The notes under the pieces were generated by a model. It made no database searches, was not told the DNA's origin, and saw nothing but the letters and a program-made list of their open reading frames with translations. Below are positions 1-7,459 of a DNA stretch of 15,458 nt, one piece after another. The first letter of the stretch is position 1, and every line of letters starts with the position of its first letter. The position numbers and the translations under genes were made by a program. Origin of the DNA: Candidatus Saganbacteria bacterium (lineage in GTDB: Bacteria; Margulisbacteria; WOR-1; JAKLHX01); assembly GCA_026387835.1 (NCBI GenBank), contig JAPLKZ010000008.1, positions 1-15,458 on the forward strand. Direction: 5' to 3'.

Positions 1-169
1 CAAACACAAGGATCCCCCATCCTTTTCCGATCGTCCTGAACACATTGGTCGCGCCCGTGTTCCCGCTGCCGGCCTTTGTAATATCTATCCCTTTCATCCT
101 TGATATGACCAGTCCGAAGGGGACGGAACCGATAAGATATGACAGCGCAAGTATCAGAATGAACATCAT
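1..169 (-). CDS. plsY: Glycerol-3-phosphate acyltransferase PlsY, N-terminal part (gene runs off the left edge)
   Basis: Not in the ORF track because it is truncated. Reverse complement of 1-169 translates to [56 protein letters not shown]. This has the PlsY signature GSGNxGATNV after a hydrophobic N-terminal helix. Confidence 0.85.
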   Translation of the reverse strand, partial: MMFILILALSYLIGSVPFGLVISRMKGIDITKAGSGNTGATNVFRTIGKGWGILVF

Positions 170-217
170 ATTGACTATGATTATATCATTTTGTCCGGGA
201 ACGGGGCAGTAGCTGCC

Positions 218-246
218 TTGAACGGACACCCCCGATATTGTAAAAT
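218..246 (+). promoter_or_regulatory. Putative sigma70-type promoter for efp (TTGAAC, 17-nt spacer, TAAAAT)
   Basis: ttgaac at 218-223, exactly 17 nt spacer, taaaat at 241-246, about 34 nt upstream of the efp ATG. A GGAG Shine-Dalgarno lies 7 nt before the ATG at 280. Sequence pattern only. Confidence 0.4.
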
Positions 247-279
247 GATATTTATCCTGATGATAAACGGAGTTTATGC

Positions 280-840
280 ATGTCGATAGCGGTAACCGAG
301 CTCAGGCCGGGAATAACCATAGAACTTGAAGGCCAGATCTTTCAAGTCGTCGAGTATAACCATATAAAAATGGGCAGGGGAGGCGCGATAGTGCGCGTCA
401 AGATGAAAAACCTTGACACGGGGAACTCTATCGAAAGAACGTTCAAATCAAACGACAAGGTCGAAAGAGCCCATATCGAAAGAAAACAAATGCAGTTCCT
501 TTACAGCCAGGGCGGCCAGTACCACTTCATGGACCAGGTCACATACGACCAGATAGCCCTGACAGATGAACTGATGGGGGATGCACCAAAATATATAAGA
601 GAAGGTGATATCGTACAGGTGGTCATACATAATGAAAGAGTAATGGGAGTCGATCTGCCGTCGTCCGTGACGCTGAAGGTGACCGAGACGGGTTCAGGGT
701 TCAAAGGCGACAGCGTATCGAACATGATGAAGCCCGCGACGCTTGAGACGGGCCTGGTGACCCAGGTCCCGTTGTTCGTGAACGTCGAGAACTCTGTCGT
801 CGTGGATACGAGGACCGGAAAGTATGTCGAGCGAGCTTGA
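280..840 (+). CDS. efp: Translation elongation factor P
   Basis: 186 aa. Typical EF-P N-terminus ([24 protein letters not shown]) and a three-domain length. The loop tip reads K30-M-G-R33-G-G-A, so it carries Arg rather than Lys. Confidence 0.95.
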   Translation: MSIAVTELRPGITIELEGQIFQVVEYNHIKMGRGGAIVRVKMKNLDTGNSIERTFKSNDKVERAHIERKQMQFLYSQGGQYHFMDQVTYDQIALTDELMGDAPKYIREGDIVQVVIHNERVMGVDLPSSVTLKVTETGSGFKGDSVSNMMKPATLETGLVTQVPLFVNVENSVVVDTRTGKYVERA

Positions 841-854
841 TAAAGGAGCATAAA

Positions 855-1301
855 ATGGATTACGAAACGATAAAAAAGATCATTAAGATAGCGGAAGAGT
901 CCGATATTTCCGGATTGAGCGTGGAAAAAGGGGATTTCAAGGTGGAAGTCAAAAGAGACAAAGGGCACCATCCCGTGCCGGTAGCCCCGGTACACCAGGT
1001 CGCGCATCCTGTCGAAGAAAAAGGCTCTTCGGCTAACCCAAAGCAAGCCGAAGAAGACGGTTTATTAGCGATAACATCTCCGATGGTAGGTACGTTTTAC
1101 AGGGCTTCATCTCCTGACAGTCCCCCGTATGTTGAGGTCGGCAGCGAGATAAACGAGGGGACGGTCGTCTGCATCATCGAGGCGATGAAGCTTTTTAATG
1201 AGATAGAGTCCGAAGTTTCGGGAAAAGTAGTGAAGATACTTGTCGAGAACGGGAAGCCGGTGGACTACGGCCAAAAACTGATGCTCATAAAAAAGAGATA
1301 A
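855..1301 (+). CDS. accB: Biotin carboxyl carrier protein (BCCP) of a biotin-dependent carboxylase
   Basis: C-terminal biotinyl domain with the EAMKL(F)NEIE biotinylation motif, plus a Pro/Ala-rich linker. The track ORF opens at 837, overlapping the efp stop. I prefer the ATG at 855 because AAGGAG sits at 843-848. The end coordinate is unambiguous. Confidence 0.92.
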   Translation: MDYETIKKIIKIAEESDISGLSVEKGDFKVEVKRDKGHHPVPVAPVHQVAHPVEEKGSSANPKQAEEDGLLAITSPMVGTFYRASSPDSPPYVEVGSEINEGTVVCIIEAMKLFNEIESEVSGKVVKILVENGKPVDYGQKLMLIKKR

Positions 1302-3007
1302 TGATGAGCATCCCCCAGCGTCAATGGCACTTTTATGAAAGCGATGATCTGTTGACGCAGGACATCTCAAAAGAATTCAATATCTCCTCGACCGTTTCAA
1401 GGGCTATCATCAACCGCGGGCTTAAAAAAAAAGAAGATATAAATGATTTCCTGAATCCCAGGCTTTCCTCTCTCAAGGACCCTTTTGAGATCCCGGGAAT
1501 GGCAAAGGCTGTCCAGAGGGTGCTTCTTGCCAGGGAAAGGAAGGAAAAGGTCCTGGTATTCGGGGATTATGACGTTGACGGTGTCACCGGCACATCTATA
1601 ATAGTCATTGCGCTTAAAAGGCTCGGGTTCGACCCGCTCTATTATATTCCTCACAGGTATGACGAGGGATACGGGATGAACATCGAAGCCGTCAATGAAT
1701 TCAAGAAGCAGGGCGTTAATCTAATAGTCACTGTCGATTGCGGGATAAGTAATTTCAAAGAGATAAAAACCGCGAACGAACTCGGCATGGAAGTCATCGT
1801 GACGGACCACCATAATATCCCTCTTGAACTGCCGCAGGCGCATGCCATTGTCAATCCGAAACAGATGCCTGAGGGCCATCCGTCACGCAACCTTTCCGGG
1901 GCCGGGGTCGCGTTCAAATTTATCTGGGCTGTCTACAGGAAAGCGGGCATTTCGGACACCGTATCGGTGAAAGAATTCCTCGATCTTGCCGCGCTTGGCA
2001 CAGTCGCTGATGTCGTGCCCCTTCTCGGGGAGAACAGGACGATAGCGGTGACCGGGATGAAGATCTTGAACGAAAAAAAACGGGTCGGAGTGAAACATCT
2101 TGTGGATACGGCCGGCATCTCCGGCAGAGTGACGGCGCGCAATATCTCTTTCATGCTCGCGCCGAGGCTGAACGCGCCCGGCAGGCTCCATCACGCGGAG
2201 CTGAGCATGAAACTCCTTCTGGAAGACAATCCGCAGAAAGCCCAGGCCCTGGCAGGAGAGATAAACAGGGTGAATGTCGAGCGCCAGCAGATCGGGGCCC
2301 TTATAGGGGAAGAGATCTTTTCAAGAATGGAGGACGCGGACGAAAAAAAACTGATACTCCTTGCCGGCAAGAACTGGCATCCGGGGGTTATCGGGATCGT
2401 GGCATCCAGGATATCAGAGCGGTTCAACCGGCCGACCATACTCATAAGCGAGGAAGGCGAATTCTGCAGGGGATCCGTAAGGAGCATAGAGGGTTTTGAC
2501 GTGTATGACCTTCTTCTTTCATGCAAAGACCTTTTTCTTGATTTCGGAGGGCACAAGGATGCAGCCGGGTTCGAGATGCTCTCAAAGGATATTCCCGAGC
2601 TTGAAGAAAGGCTGCGCAAAAAAATGGACGGCTGTATCGCCATCGAAAACCTTGTGCCCAGGACAAAGATAGACGCGGTCATACCGTCAAAAGACATCAC
2701 TTCCGTACTGGCGACAGAGCTTGAACAGCTTGAACCTTACGGCAGCGGCAATCCGGCTCCCGTCCTGCTTGCGAAAGGGTTAAAGATCGTGAACTGCAAG
2801 AGAGTGGGGCAGAGCGGAAACCACCTCAAGATAAAGCTGTCCGACGGCGGATCGGTCTTTGATTCGATCGGTTTTGACATGGGAGAGCTGGCGGGAGAGC
2901 TCGAGATCTCAAAGGAATACGATATTGCTTTCAATCTTTCCCTGAACGAATGGGACGGGTTCGAGTTCCCTCAGATGGAGATCGTGGACATGAGGAGACC
3001 TTTATAG
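1301..3007 (+). CDS. recJ: Single-stranded-DNA-specific exonuclease RecJ (DHH/DHHA1 family)
   Basis: 568 aa. DHH motifs are present: FGDYDVDGVTG, TVDCG, VTDHHN. The DHHA1 motif FGGHKDAAG is also present. The ATG overlaps the accB TAA by 1 nt (TAATG). Confidence 0.93.
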   Translation: MMSIPQRQWHFYESDDLLTQDISKEFNISSTVSRAIINRGLKKKEDINDFLNPRLSSLKDPFEIPGMAKAVQRVLLARERKEKVLVFGDYDVDGVTGTSIIVIALKRLGFDPLYYIPHRYDEGYGMNIEAVNEFKKQGVNLIVTVDCGISNFKEIKTANELGMEVIVTDHHNIPLELPQAHAIVNPKQMPEGHPSRNLSGAGVAFKFIWAVYRKAGISDTVSVKEFLDLAALGTVADVVPLLGENRTIAVTGMKILNEKKRVGVKHLVDTAGISGRVTARNISFMLAPRLNAPGRLHHAELSMKLLLEDNPQKAQALAGEINRVNVERQQIGALIGEEIFSRMEDADEKKLILLAGKNWHPGVIGIVASRISERFNRPTILISEEGEFCRGSVRSIEGFDVYDLLLSCKDLFLDFGGHKDAAGFEMLSKDIPELEERLRKKMDGCIAIENLVPRTKIDAVIPSKDITSVLATELEQLEPYGSGNPAPVLLAKGLKIVNCKRVGQSGNHLKIKLSDGGSVFDSIGFDMGELAGELEISKEYDIAFNLSLNEWDGFEFPQMEIVDMRRPL

Positions 3008-4270
3008 ATGAAGATACTTGTAATAGGGTCGGGCGGCCGCGAATCGGCATTGTGCCGGAAGATAAGTCAGAGCCCGAAGTGTTCGAAGCTGTTTTGCGCT
3101 CCGGGCAACGCAGGTATCTCAAAATATGCTGAGCTGGTCCCGGCATCAAAGATAGATGGGATCATTAATTTTGTCAAAGAGAACAGGATAGACCTGACGG
3201 TAGTAGGACCTGAACAGCCTCTGGTAGACGGGATAGTCGATGCTTTTGAAAAAGAGGGCTTGAGGATCTTCGGGCCATCGGCAAAAGCTGCCAGGATAGA
3301 AGGAAGCAAGATCTTTTCGAAAGACCTGATGAAAAAATACGGGATACCCACAGCATATTACGAGCAATTTTTAGATTCAAACAAAGCGATCATTTTTTTA
3401 AAAGGCAAAAAATATCCTGTCGTGATCAAGGCTGACGGGCTTGCCGCGGGCAAAGGTGTCATCATCGCGCAGGCGCAGGCGGAGGCGGAGGGCGCGATAA
3501 GATCGATGCTGGATGACAAGCAGTTCGGTGAAGCGGGCAAAAAGATAATCATAGAAGAATTCCTCGAAGGCGAAGAAGCTTCCATCCTCTGTTTCACGGA
3601 TGGAAAGACGATCGTCCCCATGGAATCATCCCAGGACCACAAAAGAATACTTGACAATGATGAAGGGCCAAATACCGGCGGGATGGGGGCGTACAGTCCC
3701 GCTCCGGTCGTGACGGCGGAACTTCTGAAAAAAGTTGAAAAAGAGATACTTTATCCGACCATAAGGGCCATGGAAAAAGAAGAAAGTTTTTATAAAGGGA
3801 TCCTGTACGCGGGATTGATGATCACAAAGGACGGGCCTAAAGTCCTGGAATATAACGCGAGGTTCGGCGACCCGGAAACACAGGCTGTCTTGCCGAGGCT
3901 AAAGACGGACCTGATAGATATCATGGAAGCGATCATTGACGGGCATCTGGATAAAATAAAGATCGAATGGGACAAAAAAGCTGCTGTGTGTATCGTACTT
4001 GCTTCAGGAGGATACCCCGGAGATTATAAAAAAGGATATGTGATAGAAGGTCTTGATGAAGCTGAAAAACTAAATGATGTCACCATCTTTCATGCAGGCA
4101 CTTCTCTTGCGGGTTGTGATATCGTCACGTCAGGCGGAAGGGTCCTGGGTGTTACAGCGCTCGGTATATCTGTTAAAGAAGCGATCGACCGCGCTTACGC
4201 TGCTGTCTCGAAAATAAAATTCAAGGACATGCATTACAGGAAGGATATTGGGAAGAAAGCGCTAAAATAA
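3008..4270 (+). CDS. purD: Phosphoribosylamine--glycine ligase (GAR synthetase)
   Basis: 420 aa. It starts MKILVIGSGGRESAL, has an ATP-grasp core (EEFLEGEEASILCFTDG; VLEYNARFGDPETQ) and a C-terminal GGRVLGVTA motif. The ATG directly abuts the recJ TAG. Confidence 0.96.
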   Translation: MKILVIGSGGRESALCRKISQSPKCSKLFCAPGNAGISKYAELVPASKIDGIINFVKENRIDLTVVGPEQPLVDGIVDAFEKEGLRIFGPSAKAARIEGSKIFSKDLMKKYGIPTAYYEQFLDSNKAIIFLKGKKYPVVIKADGLAAGKGVIIAQAQAEAEGAIRSMLDDKQFGEAGKKIIIEEFLEGEEASILCFTDGKTIVPMESSQDHKRILDNDEGPNTGGMGAYSPAPVVTAELLKKVEKEILYPTIRAMEKEESFYKGILYAGLMITKDGPKVLEYNARFGDPETQAVLPRLKTDLIDIMEAIIDGHLDKIKIEWDKKAAVCIVLASGGYPGDYKKGYVIEGLDEAEKLNDVTIFHAGTSLAGCDIVTSGGRVLGVTALGISVKEAIDRAYAAVSKIKFKDMHYRKDIGKKALK

Positions 4271-4334
4271 CTCACCCCCGCCCCCTCTCTTGACAAGAGA
4301 GGGGTGCCGAACGGAGTGAGGCGGGGTGAGTTTT
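4271..4334 (+). terminator. Nested-hairpin Rho-independent terminator / REP-like palindromic element after purD
   Basis: The outer stem pairs ctcacccccgcc (4271-4282) with ggcggggtgag (4320-4330), with a one-base bulge, and is followed by TTTT (4331-4334). The inner hairpin pairs cccctctctt (4282-4291) with aagagagggg (4295-4304) around a 3-nt loop. Confidence 0.7.
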
Positions 4335-4338
4335 AATA

Positions 4339-4941
4339 ATGAAAATAATCTTAGCCACCAACAATAAAAACAAAGTCAAAGAAATAAAAAAAATCCTGAA
4401 TATCAAAGGCGTAAAGGTGCTTTCGCTTTCTGATTTTCCGCAAAAGATAACAGTCGTCGAGGACGGCAGGACTTTTGAGGAAAATGCGGTCAAAAAAGCA
4501 ACAGCAACGGCAAAAAAGTTAAAGACAATTACGATCGCCGATGACAGCGGGTTGTGTGTCGACGCTCTTAAAGGACTTCCCGGGGTCAGGTCGGCAAGGT
4601 ATGTCAAACCTCCTGTCACTGCCGAGAGGTTATGCGCTAAGCTGCTTAAAGAAATGGATGAAGTGAAGCCGAGCGAAAGAAAAGCAATGTTCGTCTGTTC
4701 AGTAGCTATCGCAAGTATTTCAGGTAAGGTCAGGACCGTCAAAGGGATATGCAGAGGAATTATATCTGATAAAATGAACGGCAGCCGCGGTTTCGGCTAT
4801 GACCCTGTGTTCATTCCTGACGGCTATAATAAAACATTCGCGCAGATGACCACTGCGCAAAAAAACAGATTAAGCCACAGGGGAAAGGCGTTCAGGGCTG
4901 CGAGGAAGATGATAAAGATGATGGTTGCCGGTCACCAGTAG
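4339..4941 (+). CDS. rdgB: Non-canonical purine NTP pyrophosphatase (dITP/XTP pyrophosphatase, RdgB/HAM1 family)
   Basis: 200 aa. MKIILATNNKNKVKEI N-terminus (ATxNxxKxxE), FGYDPVF motif and a C-terminal SHRG motif. Confidence 0.92.
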   Translation: MKIILATNNKNKVKEIKKILNIKGVKVLSLSDFPQKITVVEDGRTFEENAVKKATATAKKLKTITIADDSGLCVDALKGLPGVRSARYVKPPVTAERLCAKLLKEMDEVKPSERKAMFVCSVAIASISGKVRTVKGICRGIISDKMNGSRGFGYDPVFIPDGYNKTFAQMTTAQKNRLSHRGKAFRAARKMIKMMVAGHQ

Positions 4942-5084
4942 CCTATTCTGTCACTTCGTGACATCACCTGTTCTCTCTCGCCTCGAGGACGAACCCTTTC
5001 GATGAAAAGTCGAAAGCGGAGATATTCTGACCCGAAATCCTGTAAGTCATATCGGATTATTATATAATAAGGATATAAATACGC

Positions 5085-5158
5085 CGGGGAGTAGCGCAGC
5101 TTGGTAGCGCACCTGGTTTGGGACCAGGGGGTCGCAGGTTCAAATCCTGTCTCCCCGA
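5085..5158 (+). tRNA. tRNA-Pro (anticodon TGG)
   Basis: Manual cloverleaf. Acceptor cggggag/ctccccg, D arm gcgc-agcttggta-gcgc, anticodon arm cctgg-tTTGGGa-ccagg, T arm gcagg-ttcaaat-cctgt, discriminator A. No encoded CCA. Confidence 0.94.
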
Positions 5159-5164
5159 TGTGAT

Positions 5165-5238
5165 CGGGCCGTGGCGCAGCTTGGTAGCGCGCACGCTTGG
5201 GGTGCGTGAGGTCATGGGTTCAAATCCCGTCGGCCCGA
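5165..5238 (+). tRNA. tRNA-Pro (anticodon GGG)
   Basis: Acceptor cgggccg/cggcccg, anticodon arm cacgc-ttGGGgt-gcgtg, T arm atggg-ttcaaat-cccgt, discriminator A. No encoded CCA. Confidence 0.93.
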
Positions 5239-5257
5239 TGTTATAATCTTCGAGTGT

Positions 5258-5330
<73 letters not shown>

Positions 5331-5343
5331 CGTTTAGTATTAT

Positions 5344-5417
5344 GTCCCCGTAGCTCAGCTGGATAGAGCAACAGCCTTCTAAGCTGTAGGCCGAGCGTTC
5401 GAATCGCTCCGGGGACG
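5344..5417 (+). tRNA. tRNA-Arg (anticodon TCT)
   Basis: Acceptor gtccccg/cggggac, anticodon arm acagc-ctTCTaa-gctgt, T arm gagcg-ttcgaat-cgctc, discriminator G. No encoded CCA. Confidence 0.94.
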
Positions 5418-5484
5418 TAAATAAAACCTCTGAAATTCATCCTCTTTATTACCGATAATCAAGCAGAAGGTAATAAATCTTATA

Positions 5485-7275
5485 ATGGCTACATTTCGTA
5501 AAAATAACATAAATCCTGTTTCGCTTGCCCGTCAGATAGAGAGTTCAAGATATCGAAACGTAAGATCTTTTCGCGAATTTTGTGGAGGGATGCCGATAAT
5601 ATTGAGAGGACGAGATCGTTTACTGGGGCAGGCAGTCATCATAGACGCGCTTTTTCCCAAAGGTCTGGCAGCAGGCAACATGCCCGTACAGATAAGCGCA
5701 ATCAAAATATCGCAGATGACCCTGGAGAAGAACGGCTGGTTTCACACTCTTGCAAGACCTTCATCAAGATTACCCTATAATTTTTTCAGGTTAACTGGAC
5801 TAAACAATGATAATCTCCTTTTCGCGCCTGAGATCGATGATGTCACGCCTCATCTGGAGAGTTTCCTGTCAAACGCCACACTGGTAGGATTCGGGATAAC
5901 GCCTGTTGTCGATTTTCTTTCGACTTTTCTGCCGGATATCAAAACGCGTTCCTGCATCGATCTTAAAAATAATATGATACGGACGGGCGTAAGCACGGGT
6001 AACATCTCTCTTGAAGCTTTTGCAAGCGCTCATGGCTTTAGAGCGGGGCTGGACATCTCCAGATCATCAATGTCCAGAGCCAGCCTGATATTCCAGATAC
6101 TCTGCCACCTGACGGGGAAAAAAGAATCACTTTTGGAAATGAACGGTTCGGTTATGCTTTCTCCGATGCGCGAAAACGGGACCCGGTCCATTCCGGGATC
6201 AAATTATGAATTCATAGATATCAGGTCCCCTGAAACAGAGGTTCTTTTAACGGACCTGAAATGGCTGATGGTAAAAAGCTTAACAAGCATATTTGCAAAA
6301 AACGGGACTGACAGAGAGGATAAAGATATGCCCGGCTTGTTTTCTGCTATTAAGACGGCATATCCTTCCGGAGGCTGGAAACCGGATTCCGCTAAGCTGC
6401 GTCTGAGTTTGTCCAAATACTTCAGGAAGCTCCGTGTTGGAAAAGAAACGGCGGATGGGATTGTCGGCCGCCTTGCCGGGATGGCGGAAAAAGGAGAACC
6501 GCGTTTCCTGATCTGCTGGGAGATCTGTAAGGAGGCCTTAAAACGCTATTTCCCGTCCAGAAAAGGTGTAAGGGATAAATCTTTATATAAAGAATTCGCT
6601 AAAATCGCTTTTTTAAACTCCCTGTTCTGGCACCTGACATTCGGAGAGACAGAAGAATGCCGTAGCCGTCTTCAGGAATTCTACAGGTCCAAATGGAAAG
6701 ATTATGCCCGCGAACTTCAGGATACAGAAGAGCTGACAAAGGTCAGGACGTCTTTGGCGAGCCACGAAAGAGGTCTCAGCGATTTCCGCCTGCAGGAAAT
6801 GGGAAAATATTGCGAGCGGTATCTGCTCGATGAAGAGCAGGCGATCATCATCGCCAGGACCAGGGAACGGGCGCTGAGACTTAATGAAATTTTATCAGGA
6901 AAGGGCGTCAGATGCGGCACGGTCTATTCAAGGGACAATCACGGAGAAATAAAGAGTTTTACCCCTCACCAGAGAGATGTGGCGGTACGCTCACTGCACG
7001 ATCACAATATCAAGATCTTAATATGCGAGGAGGGATCGCTGCCTAATCTTCTGGGGGTCCCTGTCAGGAAGATGCTTTTTGAGACGGTTCCGTTAAGGCC
7101 CAGTATTATGCGGACGATAAAAGAGTCCGTTTGCCGTGACGCTGATATCCATTTTCTTGTCGGTAGCAACGATACTGAACGGGCAATGCGCGAACGTTTT
7201 GAAGGATACCTTGATCAGTTGAACACCCCACCCGCACCCAGGGAAGCAAGGCTTCCTTATAAAGACCAAGAATAA
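5485..7275 (+). CDS. Hypothetical protein. The N-terminal region resembles a DEDD (DnaQ-like) 3'-5' exonuclease fold with degenerate catalytic residues. The C-terminal region resembles an SF2 helicase C-terminal (RecA-2) domain. No P-loop.
   Basis: The uninterrupted 596-codon ORF is far too long to arise by chance at this GC.
- aa 50-210 follow the DnaQ/PolC-exo pattern: VIIDALFPKG, VQISAIKI, FHTLARPSSRLPYNFFRLTGLNNDNLLFAPEIDDVTPHLESFL, ATLVGFGITPVVDFL, CIDL, SLEAFASAHGF, SRSSMSRASLIFQIL. Exo I is D54-A-L56 instead of DxE, and the Exo III His/Asp positions are Ser.
- aa 449-560 (QAIIIARTRERALRLNEILSGKGVRCGTVYS ... NIKILICEEGSLPNLLGVPVRKMLFETVPLRPSIMRTIKESVCRD) follow the RecQ-type helicase-C layout.
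- No GK[ST] Walker A occurs anywhere.
- No convincing Shine-Dalgarno lies before the ATG at 5485. Confidence 0.75.
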   Translation: MATFRKNNINPVSLARQIESSRYRNVRSFREFCGGMPIILRGRDRLLGQAVIIDALFPKGLAAGNMPVQISAIKISQMTLEKNGWFHTLARPSSRLPYNFFRLTGLNNDNLLFAPEIDDVTPHLESFLSNATLVGFGITPVVDFLSTFLPDIKTRSCIDLKNNMIRTGVSTGNISLEAFASAHGFRAGLDISRSSMSRASLIFQILCHLTGKKESLLEMNGSVMLSPMRENGTRSIPGSNYEFIDIRSPETEVLLTDLKWLMVKSLTSIFAKNGTDREDKDMPGLFSAIKTAYPSGGWKPDSAKLRLSLSKYFRKLRVGKETADGIVGRLAGMAEKGEPRFLICWEICKEALKRYFPSRKGVRDKSLYKEFAKIAFLNSLFWHLTFGETEECRSRLQEFYRSKWKDYARELQDTEELTKVRTSLASHERGLSDFRLQEMGKYCERYLLDEEQAIIIARTRERALRLNEILSGKGVRCGTVYSRDNHGEIKSFTPHQRDVAVRSLHDHNIKILICEEGSLPNLLGVPVRKMLFETVPLRPSIMRTIKESVCRDADIHFLVGSNDTERAMRERFEGYLDQLNTPPAPREARLPYKDQE

Positions 7276-7338
7276 TAATCCCCGTGATATAATTGATACT
7301 GTCTTAATTCATATTTGTAGAGCCGCATATCCATTCAT

Positions 7339-7413
7339 GGTGGCTATAGTGTAACGGTAGCACGAAGGGTTGTGGTCCCTTTAGTCCGGGTTCAAATCCC
7401 GATAGCCACCCCA
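7339..7413 (+). tRNA. tRNA-His (anticodon GTG) with G-1 and genomically encoded CCA
   Basis: An extra 5' G (7339) pairs with discriminator C (7410). Acceptor gtggcta/tagccac, anticodon arm aaggg-ttGTGgt-ccctt, T loop ttcaaat, CCA at 7411-7413. Confidence 0.93.
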
Positions 7414-7459
7414 TCAATTTACTAAGCGAATATCAGGCGGTTTCTGCTAAAATATAGCC

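Noticed and set aside
501-1046. Long antisense shadow ORFs. These include 501-1046(-), 2191-2700(-), 3358-3657(-), 4272-4742(-), 9926-10597(+), 10809-11261(-), 13588-14094(+) and 14792-15229(-).
   Set aside because: Each lies opposite a CDS with strong family motifs on the other strand. None has a Shine-Dalgarno, and all have biased, motif-free translations. They are typical shadow ORFs.
5481-5486. Perfect TATAAT hexamer just before the 596-aa ORF
   Set aside because: It overlaps the ATG start codon (5485), so a transcript started from it could not include that start. It is probably coincidental unless the true start is a downstream Met, such as M36 at 5590, which I cannot decide from sequence alone.
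5418-7338. Genomic island integrated at the tRNA-Arg or tRNA-His locus
   Set aside because: There is no integrase, recombinase, transposase or phage gene. The only repeat I found between the tRNA-Arg gene and the region after the 596-aa ORF is a 7-mer (tccccgt at 5345-5351 and 7282-7288), which is expected by chance. An island origin remains possible but is unsupported.
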